Part shown: positions 54,334-62,823 of the stretch, piece by piece
Layout of the letters: each line of letters begins with the position of its first letter
How positions within the stretch are numbered: position 1 is the stretch's first letter
Assembly (NCBI GenBank): GCA_964553875.1
Contig: CAZKNH010000004.1
Location: 5,391-69,390, forward strand
Length of the DNA: 64,000 nt
Origin: an uncultured Gammaproteobacteria bacterium
Lineage (GTDB): Bacteria; Pseudomonadota; Gammaproteobacteria; Steroidobacterales; Rariloculaceae
Direction of reading: 5' to 3'
Made by a program: the position numbers and the translations under genes
The notes under the pieces: model-generated
Database searches by the model: none
What the model saw: only the letters and a program-made list of their open reading frames with translations
Told to the model about the DNA's origin: nothing

Positions 54334-55734
54334 TCATTGAATCAGCACGAATAGCTGTCGTCCCATTCGTTCTATCCGCAGTGCGACCGGCCCGGTGGCC
54401 TGCTCGAGCGCCGCGGTCAGCTCCGCGACCGTGGTCACGTCCATGCGGTTGACCGCCGTGATGACGTCGTTCGGGCGCAAGCCGTTGCGCGCGGCGGCGC
54501 TGTTCGGACGGACGCTCGCGATCAGCACGCCGCTTCGGCCGTCGAAACGCGGGTCGCTCGGATCGAGTGTCACGAGCTCCGCGCCGTCGAGCCCGCGCAG
54601 GCCCCGAGGCTGCTCGTCGGCGCCCGGGCGCGGCGCGGCCGCGGTCTCGTCGGCCGGGCCGACGCGAACCTCGATGTCCATCGTCCGGCCGTCCCGCACG
54701 TACGTGAGCGTCACGGTTTCACCGAGCCTGACGAGGCCGATGGCGTTACGCAGCTGCGAAGCGTTCGCGATCTCCTGGCCGTTCACGGCGATGATGACAT
54801 CGCCGACCTCGATGCCGGCCTCCTCGGCCGGCGAACCGGGCTCCACTTCGCTGACGAGGGCCCCGCGATCGACGCCGAGGCCGAGCGCCTCGGACAGTCC
54901 TGGCAGCACGTCCTGAATACCGATGCCGACGCGGCCGCGCTGCACCTCGCCGTACTCGAGGAGCTGGTCGACGACCTCGCGGACCATGTTGCTCGGTATC
55001 GCGAAGCCGATACCGATATTGCCCCCCGCGGGAGACAAGATCGCGCTGTTGATGCCCTTCAGCGTGCCGTCGAGTCCGACCAGCGCGCCGCCGGAGTTAC
55101 CGGGATTGATCGATGCGTCGGTCTGAATGAAGTCCTCGTAGCCCTCGACGTTGATGCCGCTGCGGCCGAGGGCGCTGACGATGCCGGCCGTCGCGGTTTG
55201 ACCGAGACCGAACGGATTGCCGATGGCGATGACGAAGTCGCCGACGTCGAGATCGTCGGAGTCGCCGAGCTCGAGCTCGCTCAACCCTTCGGCCTCGATC
55301 TTGAGCAGCGCGACGTCGGTCGGCGGGTCGCTGCCGATCACCTCGGCCTCGAACTGGCGCCGGTCCGTCAGCGTGACGACGATCGATTCCGCGTTCTGCA
55401 CGACGTGGCTGTTCGAAACGATCAGTCCGCGCTCCGCGTCGATGATCACGCCCGAGCCGACGCCCTGCTGCGGGATCGGCGGTTGCTGGAATTCTTCCGG
55501 CAGGTCGAAGAACCGCCGGAAGAACGGATCCTCGAGCAGCGGGTTCTGCGGGACTTGCGGCGCTGCCGACGCGACGGCGACGTTGACCACCGCCGGCGTG
55601 ACGCGCTCGAGCAGCGGCGCAAATGTCGGATTGTCGTCCTCGTCCGTGAACGGCCATGCGCCCGCTACCGTGAATGAGGCCGCGACGGCCAGGGCGATAA
55701 TCCCCGTCCCTGCGGCCCAGCCGATCGGTTTCAT
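54334..55734 (-). CDS. Do/DegP/DegQ family periplasmic serine endopeptidase with two PDZ domains
   Basis: Signal peptide. GSGVIIDAERGLIVSNSHVV (His), DVALLKI (Asp), INPGNSGGALV (Ser). Two PDZ-like segments. Start ATG 55734. Confidence 0.85.
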   Translation of the reverse strand: MKPIGWAAGTGIIALAVAASFTVAGAWPFTDEDDNPTFAPLLERVTPAVVNVAVASAAPQVPQNPLLEDPFFRRFFDLPEEFQQPPIPQQGVGSGVIIDAERGLIVSNSHVVQNAESIVVTLTDRRQFEAEVIGSDPPTDVALLKIEAEGLSELELGDSDDLDVGDFVIAIGNPFGLGQTATAGIVSALGRSGINVEGYEDFIQTDASINPGNSGGALVGLDGTLKGINSAILSPAGGNIGIGFAIPSNMVREVVDQLLEYGEVQRGRVGIGIQDVLPGLSEALGLGVDRGALVSEVEPGSPAEEAGIEVGDVIIAVNGQEIANASQLRNAIGLVRLGETVTLTYVRDGRTMDIEVRVGPADETAAAPRPGADEQPRGLRGLDGAELVTLDPSDPRFDGRSGVLIASVRPNSAAARNGLRPNDVITAVNRMDVTTVAELTAALEQATGPVALRIERMGRQLFVLIQ

Positions 55735-55967
55735 GTCGGAACGCCCTTGGATGTCGGTGTGGGGAGTGACGAAGCGGAGCAAGATGCATGCCACCGATCC
55801 GGGCACCGCTCTTCAGCGGTTTTATCCGCTCCGTGTCGGGAAAGCCCCAGATTCTGCAAGCGCCGGCTCAGAACTTGCGGCCGTGTGATGCCCGCTCCGA
55901 CTCGGGTACGATAGGCGGAACGGCGCTCCTGCAGCACGCGCCGTCGCATGTCGACAGGAGGTCGATC

Positions 55968-56300
55968 ATGAGCCTGGCCGATCAGAAATGCGTGCCGTGC
56001 CGCGGCGGTGTGCCGCCGCTCGAGCGAAGCCGGGCCGAGGCACTGCTCGAGCAGCTCGACGATGCGTGGCGGCTGAACGAAGCCGGTCATCTCGAGCGCA
56101 CGTTCGAGTTCAAGAACTTCAAGCAAGCTCTTGACTTCGCGAATCGAGTCGGCGAGATCGCCGAGACGGAGCAGCACCATCCGGACTTGCACGTCGCGTG
56201 GGGACGCTGCACCGTCGAAGTGTGGACGCACAAGATCGACGGGCTGACTGAAAGCGACTTCGTGTTCGCGGCGAAGGTCGATCGCGCGGCACGGGAATGA
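55968..56300 (+). CDS. phhB: 4a-hydroxytetrahydrobiopterin (pterin-4-alpha-carbinolamine) dehydratase
   Basis: AGGAGG SD. CVPCRGGVPPL..FKNFKQALDFANRVGEIAETEQHHPDLHVAWGRCTVEVWTHKIDGLTESDF. Confidence 0.85.
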   Translation: MSLADQKCVPCRGGVPPLERSRAEALLEQLDDAWRLNEAGHLERTFEFKNFKQALDFANRVGEIAETEQHHPDLHVAWGRCTVEVWTHKIDGLTESDFVFAAKVDRAARE

Positions 56301-56513
56301 TATTCAGTGACTGCCGCCGGACGCGCGGAGTCGGACCGGCGGACGTGCGGGCCGCAACGTCGTCGCGAAAGCGATCCGCGCACGTTGACCGTTTCGCTCC
56401 CGAGGTCGCGGTCTGCCTTGCACGGCGCGAAGGGCATGCGTAAGAATCGCGCGTGCCGCTTCCTGCAACCGGTCTCGCTCCCGCTCCTTCAACCGCTCGA
56501 TGCACGGCTTCCG

Positions 56514-56864
56514 ATGAGGATACTGGTCGTAGAGGACGACGACGATTCGCGTGAGGGTTTGCGGATGCTGCTCGAGGCGTCGGGGCATCGAGTCGACACC
56601 GCGGCGACCGGGCCCGACGGACTCGCGAAGCTCGTCGCCGAAAGGCCGGATACCGCCATCGTCGACATCGATCTGCCAGGCATGAACGGCTACGAGATCG
56701 CCCGCCGGGCACGGCGGGTGCCGGAGCTCCAAAGCGTCAGGCTCATCGCTCTGACCGGCTACGGCCGCGACAAGGACCGTGCCGCCGCGCACGATGCCGG
56801 CTTCAATCTGCATCTGACGAAGCCCGTCAGCTTCGCGACGCTCCGCCGCCAGATCGAGCGCTGA
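56514..56864 (+). CDS. Single-domain response regulator (receiver only)
   Basis: MRILVVEDDDDSREGL..DTAIVDIDLPGMNGYE..LIALTGYGRDKDRAAAHDAGFNLHLTKPV. Same receiver subtype as the C-termini of both hybrid kinases in the window. Confidence 0.8.
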   Translation: MRILVVEDDDDSREGLRMLLEASGHRVDTAATGPDGLAKLVAERPDTAIVDIDLPGMNGYEIARRARRVPELQSVRLIALTGYGRDKDRAAAHDAGFNLHLTKPVSFATLRRQIER

Positions 56865-56956
56865 CGGCCGCGCGCCCCTCGTCTTGCGTCGCTCTCCGTG
56901 GCACGGCTCTTGCTTCGGAGCGTCCGGCGCCGAAACGTCTAACCTGAGGAGTCGAG

Positions 56957-57430
56957 ATGGCTGCGGTAAACGCGACGAACGCGATCGATCTGCTGCGCGA
57001 GGATCACGACAAGGTGCGCGACCTTCTGTCCCAATTGGCGAGCACGACCAATCGCGCGGCGAAGAAGCGCAGCGATCTGCTGCAGAAGATCAAGAAGGAA
57101 TTGATGATCCACACGCAGATCGAGGAGGAAATCTTCTACCCTGCGTTCCGCGACTCGAAGGCCGAGGAGAGCAAGAAGCTCTATCACGAAGCGAAGGAAG
57201 AGCATCGCGCGGTCGAAGAGCTCGTGCTGCCCGACGTCGAGAGCACGGAGCCCGCGAGCGACGAGTTCGCGGGGCGCGTCAAGGTCCTGAAGGACATGAT
57301 CGAGCACCACGCCGAGGAAGAGGAGAACGAGCTCTTTCCGAAAGCCAAGAAAGCGCTCAGCAAGGAAGAGCTCGAGGAGCTTGGCGAGCGGATGGCGGAG
57401 CGCAAGCAGGAGCTCGAGAAAGAGTTCTGA
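56957..57430 (+). CDS. Hemerythrin (HHE cation-binding) domain protein
   Basis: GAGGAG SD. LLREDHDKVRDLL...MIHTQIEEEIFYPAF...EAKEEHRAVEELV...MIEHHAEEEENELFP gives the H/E metal-ligand pattern. Confidence 0.75.
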   Translation: MAAVNATNAIDLLREDHDKVRDLLSQLASTTNRAAKKRSDLLQKIKKELMIHTQIEEEIFYPAFRDSKAEESKKLYHEAKEEHRAVEELVLPDVESTEPASDEFAGRVKVLKDMIEHHAEEEENELFPKAKKALSKEELEELGERMAERKQELEKEF

Positions 57431-57449
57431 CCGAAGAGGGCGCGCTCGC

Positions 57450-59165
57450 GTGTACTTCGTCGCGCTCGCCACCGACTACGACGGCACCCTCGCGCATGGC
57501 GGCGTCGTATCGGCCGAGGCCCTCGCGGCGCTCGGCCGACTGAAGGAGACGGGCAGGCGCCTGATCCTCGTCACCGGGCGCGAGCTCGACGATCTCGAAC
57601 GCGTCTGCCGCGACGTCCACATATTCGACCGGGTCGTCGCCGAGAACGGCGCGGTGCTGCTCGATCCCGCGACCGGCGCCCAGCGGGTGCTCGGCGAGCC
57701 GCCGCCCGAAATCTTCATCGAGCGCTTACGCGCGCGGCGGGTCGAGCCTTTGTCCGTGGGGCGGGTCATCGTCGCGACATCGGAGCCTGCGGAGAAAACG
57801 GTTCTCGACGTGATTCGGGAGCTCGGGCTCGAGCTCCAGATCATCTTCAACAAGGGCGCGGTCATGGTTCTGCCAGCGGGCGTGAACAAGGCGACCGGGC
57901 TCGCCGCTGCGCTCGAAGAGCTCGGCATCTCCGCGCACAACGTCGTCGGCGTCGGCGACGCCGAGAACGATCACGCGTTCATGCGCGCATGCGGCGCGTC
58001 CGCGGCGGTCGCGAATGCTCTGCCGATGGTGAAGGCCGAAGCCGACCATGTGCTCGACGCGGCGCACGGCGACGGCGTCATCGAGCTCGTGGAGCGCATG
58101 ATCGCGGACGACTCGACGCTCGTGCCCGAACGGCACGCGATCATCGTCGGGACCGCCGCGGGTGGAGCGGACGTCGCGATCTTGCCGCACGGCGGCAGCG
58201 TGCTGATCGCCGGAACGTCGGGGGTCGGCAAGTCGACCCTCGCGACCGCGCTGACGGAGCAGATGGCCGAGCGCGGCTTCGAGTTCTGCGTGTTCGATCC
58301 CGAAGGGGATTACGGCGAGCTCGACCATGCCGTCACGATCGGCGACGCGCAAACGGCGCCGCAGAGCGACGAAGCCCTGAAGCTGCTCGAGCAGCACGGG
58401 ACGAACGTCGTGATCAACACGCAATGCTTCACGATGGCGGAGCGGCCGATGTACTTCGCCGCGCTGCTTCCGCAGATTGCGGCTCTGCGTGCTCGAACGG
58501 GCCGTCCTCACTGGCTCCTGATCGACGAGGCGCATCATCTGTTGCCGGCGAGCCGGGCCGACTTGCCGGTCGTGCTGCCGGACTCGCTGCCGGCCGTGGT
58601 GCTGATCACCGTGCATCCGGAGGCGCTGTCGGCCGCCGTGCTCGAGAAGGTCGGGACGGTGATCGCCATAGGGGAGCATGCGGCCGACGTGCTCCGCGCG
58701 TTCTGCGAGGCCGTCGGGCGCGCGGCGCCCGCGAATGTGCCGGTGCCCGGGCCCGACGAGGCCGTCGTGCTCGACGTGCGCCACGGTGCCGCGCCGCGCC
58801 TCGTGCAGGCTGCGGCCCCGCGGCAAGCGCATCGCCGTCACACGCTGAAGTACGCGGAAGGGCGGCTCGGCGAGGATCGGAGCTTCTACTTCCGCGGTCC
58901 GGACGGACGGCTGAACCTGCGTGCACACAATTTGATGCTTTTCGTCGAGCTTGCCGACGGGGTCGATGACGAGACGTGGGAGCATCACCGTCGGGCGAGG
59001 GATTACTCCGCGTGGTTTCGCGACGCGATCAAGGACGAGGCGCTCGCGTCCGAGGTCGCCGAGATCGAAGCGGACGAAGCGCTTGATGCGCGCGCGAGCC
59101 GAAGGGAGATCGCGGAGGCGGTCCGCCGTCGCTACACGGTGCCGGCCGAGAGCGCGGAACGCTGA
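57450..59165 (+). CDS. Fusion protein: N-terminal HAD-IIB phosphatase domain plus C-terminal HerA/FtsK-like P-loop NTPase domain
   Basis: GTG 57450 lies 19 nt after the hemerythrin stop. HAD motifs FVALATDYDGTL (I), LVTGR (II), GVGDAENDHAFM (IV). Then Walker A IAGTSGVGKST and Walker B HWLLIDEAHHLL. Confidence 0.7.
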   Translation: MYFVALATDYDGTLAHGGVVSAEALAALGRLKETGRRLILVTGRELDDLERVCRDVHIFDRVVAENGAVLLDPATGAQRVLGEPPPEIFIERLRARRVEPLSVGRVIVATSEPAEKTVLDVIRELGLELQIIFNKGAVMVLPAGVNKATGLAAALEELGISAHNVVGVGDAENDHAFMRACGASAAVANALPMVKAEADHVLDAAHGDGVIELVERMIADDSTLVPERHAIIVGTAAGGADVAILPHGGSVLIAGTSGVGKSTLATALTEQMAERGFEFCVFDPEGDYGELDHAVTIGDAQTAPQSDEALKLLEQHGTNVVINTQCFTMAERPMYFAALLPQIAALRARTGRPHWLLIDEAHHLLPASRADLPVVLPDSLPAVVLITVHPEALSAAVLEKVGTVIAIGEHAADVLRAFCEAVGRAAPANVPVPGPDEAVVLDVRHGAAPRLVQAAAPRQAHRRHTLKYAEGRLGEDRSFYFRGPDGRLNLRAHNLMLFVELADGVDDETWEHHRRARDYSAWFRDAIKDEALASEVAEIEADEALDARASRREIAEAVRRRYTVPAESAER

Positions 59166-59428
59166 TCCCGCCGACACCGCAGGACGACGAGCGAGCCGCG
59201 CCGGGCTCGGGGCATGTCCGCCGAGCGCAAGCGCAAGGTCGCCGCAACGCGACGCGGCCCCCGCGCAACACCCGACGCGGTTGCCTCGAAAGAGCGTGTC
59301 CGCCAGCGCAGCGCCGCAGTCACTCTTGCGGACGATGGCTCCGGTTTGGCGTAATGCCGATCTTTTCGACGCAGGCAGCGCGATGGCCGCGCCGCCGTCT
59401 TCGCATCCAACGACGGAGCGATCATTTC

Positions 59429-61000
59429 GTGAACGACGATCCGTTCGCCGCCTCTACCCAGACGACGGCGCGACGCGCGCGGGCAAGCCGGAGGCGGAGC
59501 GAAGCGGATCACCGCGTTCTCGTGCTCGTCGGGCACGATGACGAAGAGGTGCTCGTGCGCTCCGCGGGGGACAAGGCAAGCGTCGAGCTCTGCTTCGCGC
59601 GCGATATGCCGGAGCTCGCGAGATCGATCGCGGCCGGAGCAGGCGCGGCGCTTCTATCCGACACCGCGCTCGGCGCGGGACTCGCGGAGCTGCGCCGTGT
59701 GCTCGACCGCCAGCGCAAGTGGTCGGAGCTCCCAATCATCGTGCTTTTCACCGAGGAGGCGTCGCCGACGACGCTCGATGCGCTCGAAGAGTTCGAGCTG
59801 CACGCGCGCGTGAAGCTCGCGTTGCTGCATCGGCCCGTTCCGGTGGTCTCGCTCGCGAGCGCGTTGCGCTCCGCATTGAAGTCGCGCCGCCGGCAGTACG
59901 AGGTACGTGACTTGCTCGCGCGGCTGAACAAGGACGTCCGGCTGCGGGATCAGTACCTCGCGATGCTCGGCCACGAGCTCCGCAACCCGCTGAACTCGAT
60001 CGGCTACGTGGCCGAGATTTTCTCGATGGCAGGCGATGCGCTCGCGCCCGAGCAGACGCGATGGGGCGCCGAGGTGATCGGCAGGCAGCTCAAGCACCTG
60101 TCGCGGCTGCTCGATCAGCTTCTCGACGTCGCTCGCGTGCAGCGCGGCAAGATTCGGCTCGAAGCGGTCGCGGTCGATCTGCGCGCGATCGCACGCCGCA
60201 GCGCCGAGACGTTCGACCCCGCCGCGAAGCGGCGCGACTTCGCGCTCGTGATGCCGAGGGAGCCCGTGCTCGTGCGGGGAGATCCGCTGCGCCTCACGCA
60301 GATCGTCGAGAGTCTGCTCGACAATGCGTTCAAGTACACGGAGGAGGGCGGAAGGATCCGGCTCTCCCTGTCGTCGGGCGTCGAGGCGCGGTTGACCGTG
60401 ACCGACGACGGTCGCGGGATCAAGCCGTCGATCGTGCCTTACGTGTTCGAGCCGTTCTTCCAGGACGAGACGCCGCACGCCGCGGGATCCCGCGGGCTCG
60501 GGCTCGGGCTCACGATGGCCGAGAATCTGACCCGGCTGCACGGCGGGCAGATCAGCGCGCGCAGCGCAGGGATCGGGCACGGCGCGGAGTTCGAGGTGCG
60601 CTTGCCGCTTGCGGAGCTGCCGACAGCGGCGGGCGAGCGGTCCGACGCGCTCGTGCGCGCATTGCATCTGCTCGTCATCGAGGACGATGCCGACAGTGCC
60701 GATGCGCTCGCGCTGCTCCTCCGGTCGCTCGGCCACGACGTCTCCGTCGCGTACGACGGCGAGAGCGCACTGCACGAGATCGACGAGCACGCCTTCGATC
60801 TCGTCATCGTCGATATCGGTCTGCCGGACATCCGCGGCGAGGAGGTCGCCGAGCGGATCCGTCGACAGCTCGGCTCGCAGGCGCCGCGGATCGTCGCATT
60901 GACGGGCCGTGCGGCGTCGGACAACGCGGACGCATTCGACGAGTTCCTGCAGAAGCCCGTTCGACGGGAACAGGTCGAGCGGCTGCTCGCAGCCGTGTAG
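59429..61000 (+). CDS. Hybrid histidine kinase with N-terminal receiver-like domain, HisKA, HATPase_c and C-terminal REC
   Basis: H-box LAMLGHELRNPLNSI, N-box LLDNAFKYT, DDGRGI, GLGLGLTMAENLTRLHGG. C-terminal LHLLVIEDDADS..DLVIVDIGLPDIRGEE..LQKPV. Start GTG 59429 with a GGAG SD; the track start is 59354. Confidence 0.8.
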   Translation: MNDDPFAASTQTTARRARASRRRSEADHRVLVLVGHDDEEVLVRSAGDKASVELCFARDMPELARSIAAGAGAALLSDTALGAGLAELRRVLDRQRKWSELPIIVLFTEEASPTTLDALEEFELHARVKLALLHRPVPVVSLASALRSALKSRRRQYEVRDLLARLNKDVRLRDQYLAMLGHELRNPLNSIGYVAEIFSMAGDALAPEQTRWGAEVIGRQLKHLSRLLDQLLDVARVQRGKIRLEAVAVDLRAIARRSAETFDPAAKRRDFALVMPREPVLVRGDPLRLTQIVESLLDNAFKYTEEGGRIRLSLSSGVEARLTVTDDGRGIKPSIVPYVFEPFFQDETPHAAGSRGLGLGLTMAENLTRLHGGQISARSAGIGHGAEFEVRLPLAELPTAAGERSDALVRALHLLVIEDDADSADALALLLRSLGHDVSVAYDGESALHEIDEHAFDLVIVDIGLPDIRGEEVAERIRRQLGSQAPRIVALTGRAASDNADAFDEFLQKPVRREQVERLLAAV

Positions 61001-62533
61001 CTACGGCTGAGGACGGCGCCGCACGAGCGGAATCGGCGTGGCCAAGGTCGCGACGGCCGGCGTGCGCGGCGGTTTCGACGTCGCCCGTGCACACCACCGC
61101 GCACGCGCGCTGATGTGCTCCGCGAGGCGATGCGCGAGCGCCGCGACGGTCAGGGCTGGCGGGACCGCGCCGCCGCGCGGAAATGTCGCCGCGCCGCACA
61201 CGTAGAGGTTCGGGCTCGAGTGAACGCGCAGCGTGGCGTCACAGACGCTCGTGCGCGGGTCGGCGCCGATGCGGCAAGTTCCGGCAAGAGAGCCGGCCCA
61301 TTCGATATCGTGCTGCGAGCGTGCGCCGGCGCCGAGCCGCTCGAGCCAGCGGTCGAGCCACGCGCGCGTGCGTGCGATCAGCGCGAGATCCTCGACCGAG
61401 TACTCGAAGACGAGCCGTGCGCAAGGATCCCCGAAGGCGTCGAGCGACGCCGGCGACAACGTCACACGGTTGACGTCCGTCGGGACCGTCTCGATGCGAC
61501 ATGCGAGCGTGACGGCCTCTCGTCGAAGCGCCGCGTCGGCGAGCCGTGTGCGCCAGCCTATGGATCCCGTGCGCCACGCGCCGACGAATCCGACGGCGGA
61601 ACGCTCGAAGAAAGGATGCACGGCGCCGAGACCGTCTCGACGGAACATCTGGTGGAACTGCTCCGTGTGCAGCGGTGCCGGCAGCCGCGGCCGGCGGCCG
61701 AGCCGCTCTATTCGGCCGTGCGCGCGCACGATCGCCTGGTCCGTGAGACCGCGCCCGACGCGAGCGAGGTCATTGCCCAAACCATGCGGGAAGCGAGGAG
61801 ATCGCGACAAGAGCAGGAGCCGCGGCGTCTCGACGGCACCCGCCGCGGCGACGAACGTCGCGGCACGTGCGGTTTTGCTCGTGCCGTCCGGCGCGCGGCA
61901 ATCGGCGCCGATCACACGACCGTTTCCGTCCGTGACGAACCGCGTGACGGTCACGCCCGATACGAACGTGCCGGTCCGTGACTGGACGAACTCGGGCAAG
62001 AGCTCGATCGAGACGTCGAATGTCGTGCGGCCGCGGCCGGGTGTCGCGCGTGCCGCGCCTTTCACGTCGATACCGTGCCGTCGGAGCAGCGCGGCGAGCG
62101 CCGCATCGAAACGATCCGGTTCGTACTGCGGCAGCTCGCGGCCCGGCGCGGGCGGCGTCTGGCGTACGCGGAGCATTCGTTCGGCCGCACGGTAGTGCGG
62201 CTCGAGATCCGCGTAGCCGATCGGCCACGGGTTCGACCGGCGGTTGTACGGGTGCACGCGGAAATCGCCCGGATCGAGGCGCTCGCAGACGTCGTGCCAG
62301 ACGTGCGCTCCGCCGCTCTTCCGGGGGGACTCTGGCGGCAGCCGATGCGGCGCTTCGCCGGCCGTCTCGTGCTTCGAATCGCGGTGGGTGCGCGAATCGA
62401 CGAGCAGCACGCGCAGCCCTGCTCGTACGAGCTTCAAGCCGAGCACGGTCCCCGCGATGCCGGCCCCGGCAATGCAGACATCGTACGGCTCGGTTGCATC
62501 GAGCGCTTCGAAGTTGCGGGCCGATCTACCCAT
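61001..62533 (-). CDS. GMC family FAD-dependent oxidoreductase
   Basis: N-terminal dinucleotide fold YDVCIAGAGIAGTVLGLKLVRAGLRVLLVDS. C-terminal GTCRIGADP..VCDATLRVHSSPNLYVCGAATFP. Confidence 0.8.
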   Translation of the reverse strand: MGRSARNFEALDATEPYDVCIAGAGIAGTVLGLKLVRAGLRVLLVDSRTHRDSKHETAGEAPHRLPPESPRKSGGAHVWHDVCERLDPGDFRVHPYNRRSNPWPIGYADLEPHYRAAERMLRVRQTPPAPGRELPQYEPDRFDAALAALLRRHGIDVKGAARATPGRGRTTFDVSIELLPEFVQSRTGTFVSGVTVTRFVTDGNGRVIGADCRAPDGTSKTARAATFVAAAGAVETPRLLLLSRSPRFPHGLGNDLARVGRGLTDQAIVRAHGRIERLGRRPRLPAPLHTEQFHQMFRRDGLGAVHPFFERSAVGFVGAWRTGSIGWRTRLADAALRREAVTLACRIETVPTDVNRVTLSPASLDAFGDPCARLVFEYSVEDLALIARTRAWLDRWLERLGAGARSQHDIEWAGSLAGTCRIGADPRTSVCDATLRVHSSPNLYVCGAATFPRGGAVPPALTVAALAHRLAEHISARARWCARATSKPPRTPAVATLATPIPLVRRRPQP

Positions 62534-62823
62534 ACTCTTTGCGATGCGCCGGCCGATCGCTGCCGCCTTCCGCCGCGCGGTGCGCGGTTAGGTCGAAGCG
62601 GCCACAGCTGCGATGATCGTCCAGAAAACCGCTCCTAGTCCCGCCCCGAGCAGAATGCCTTCCACGGCTCTGGCGTCTTCCTCGGCCATGTTCACGAATC
62701 CCTTCTTGCGAGAACCGCTCCGATGCAAGGCCCGTGCCATGCAAAAATCGACCGCCGGACCAGCGGCTGCGCGCGCGTCGAAGCCTTGGGCCGCGCTGCG
62801 CATGTCATCATTAGCGCCGAAGC

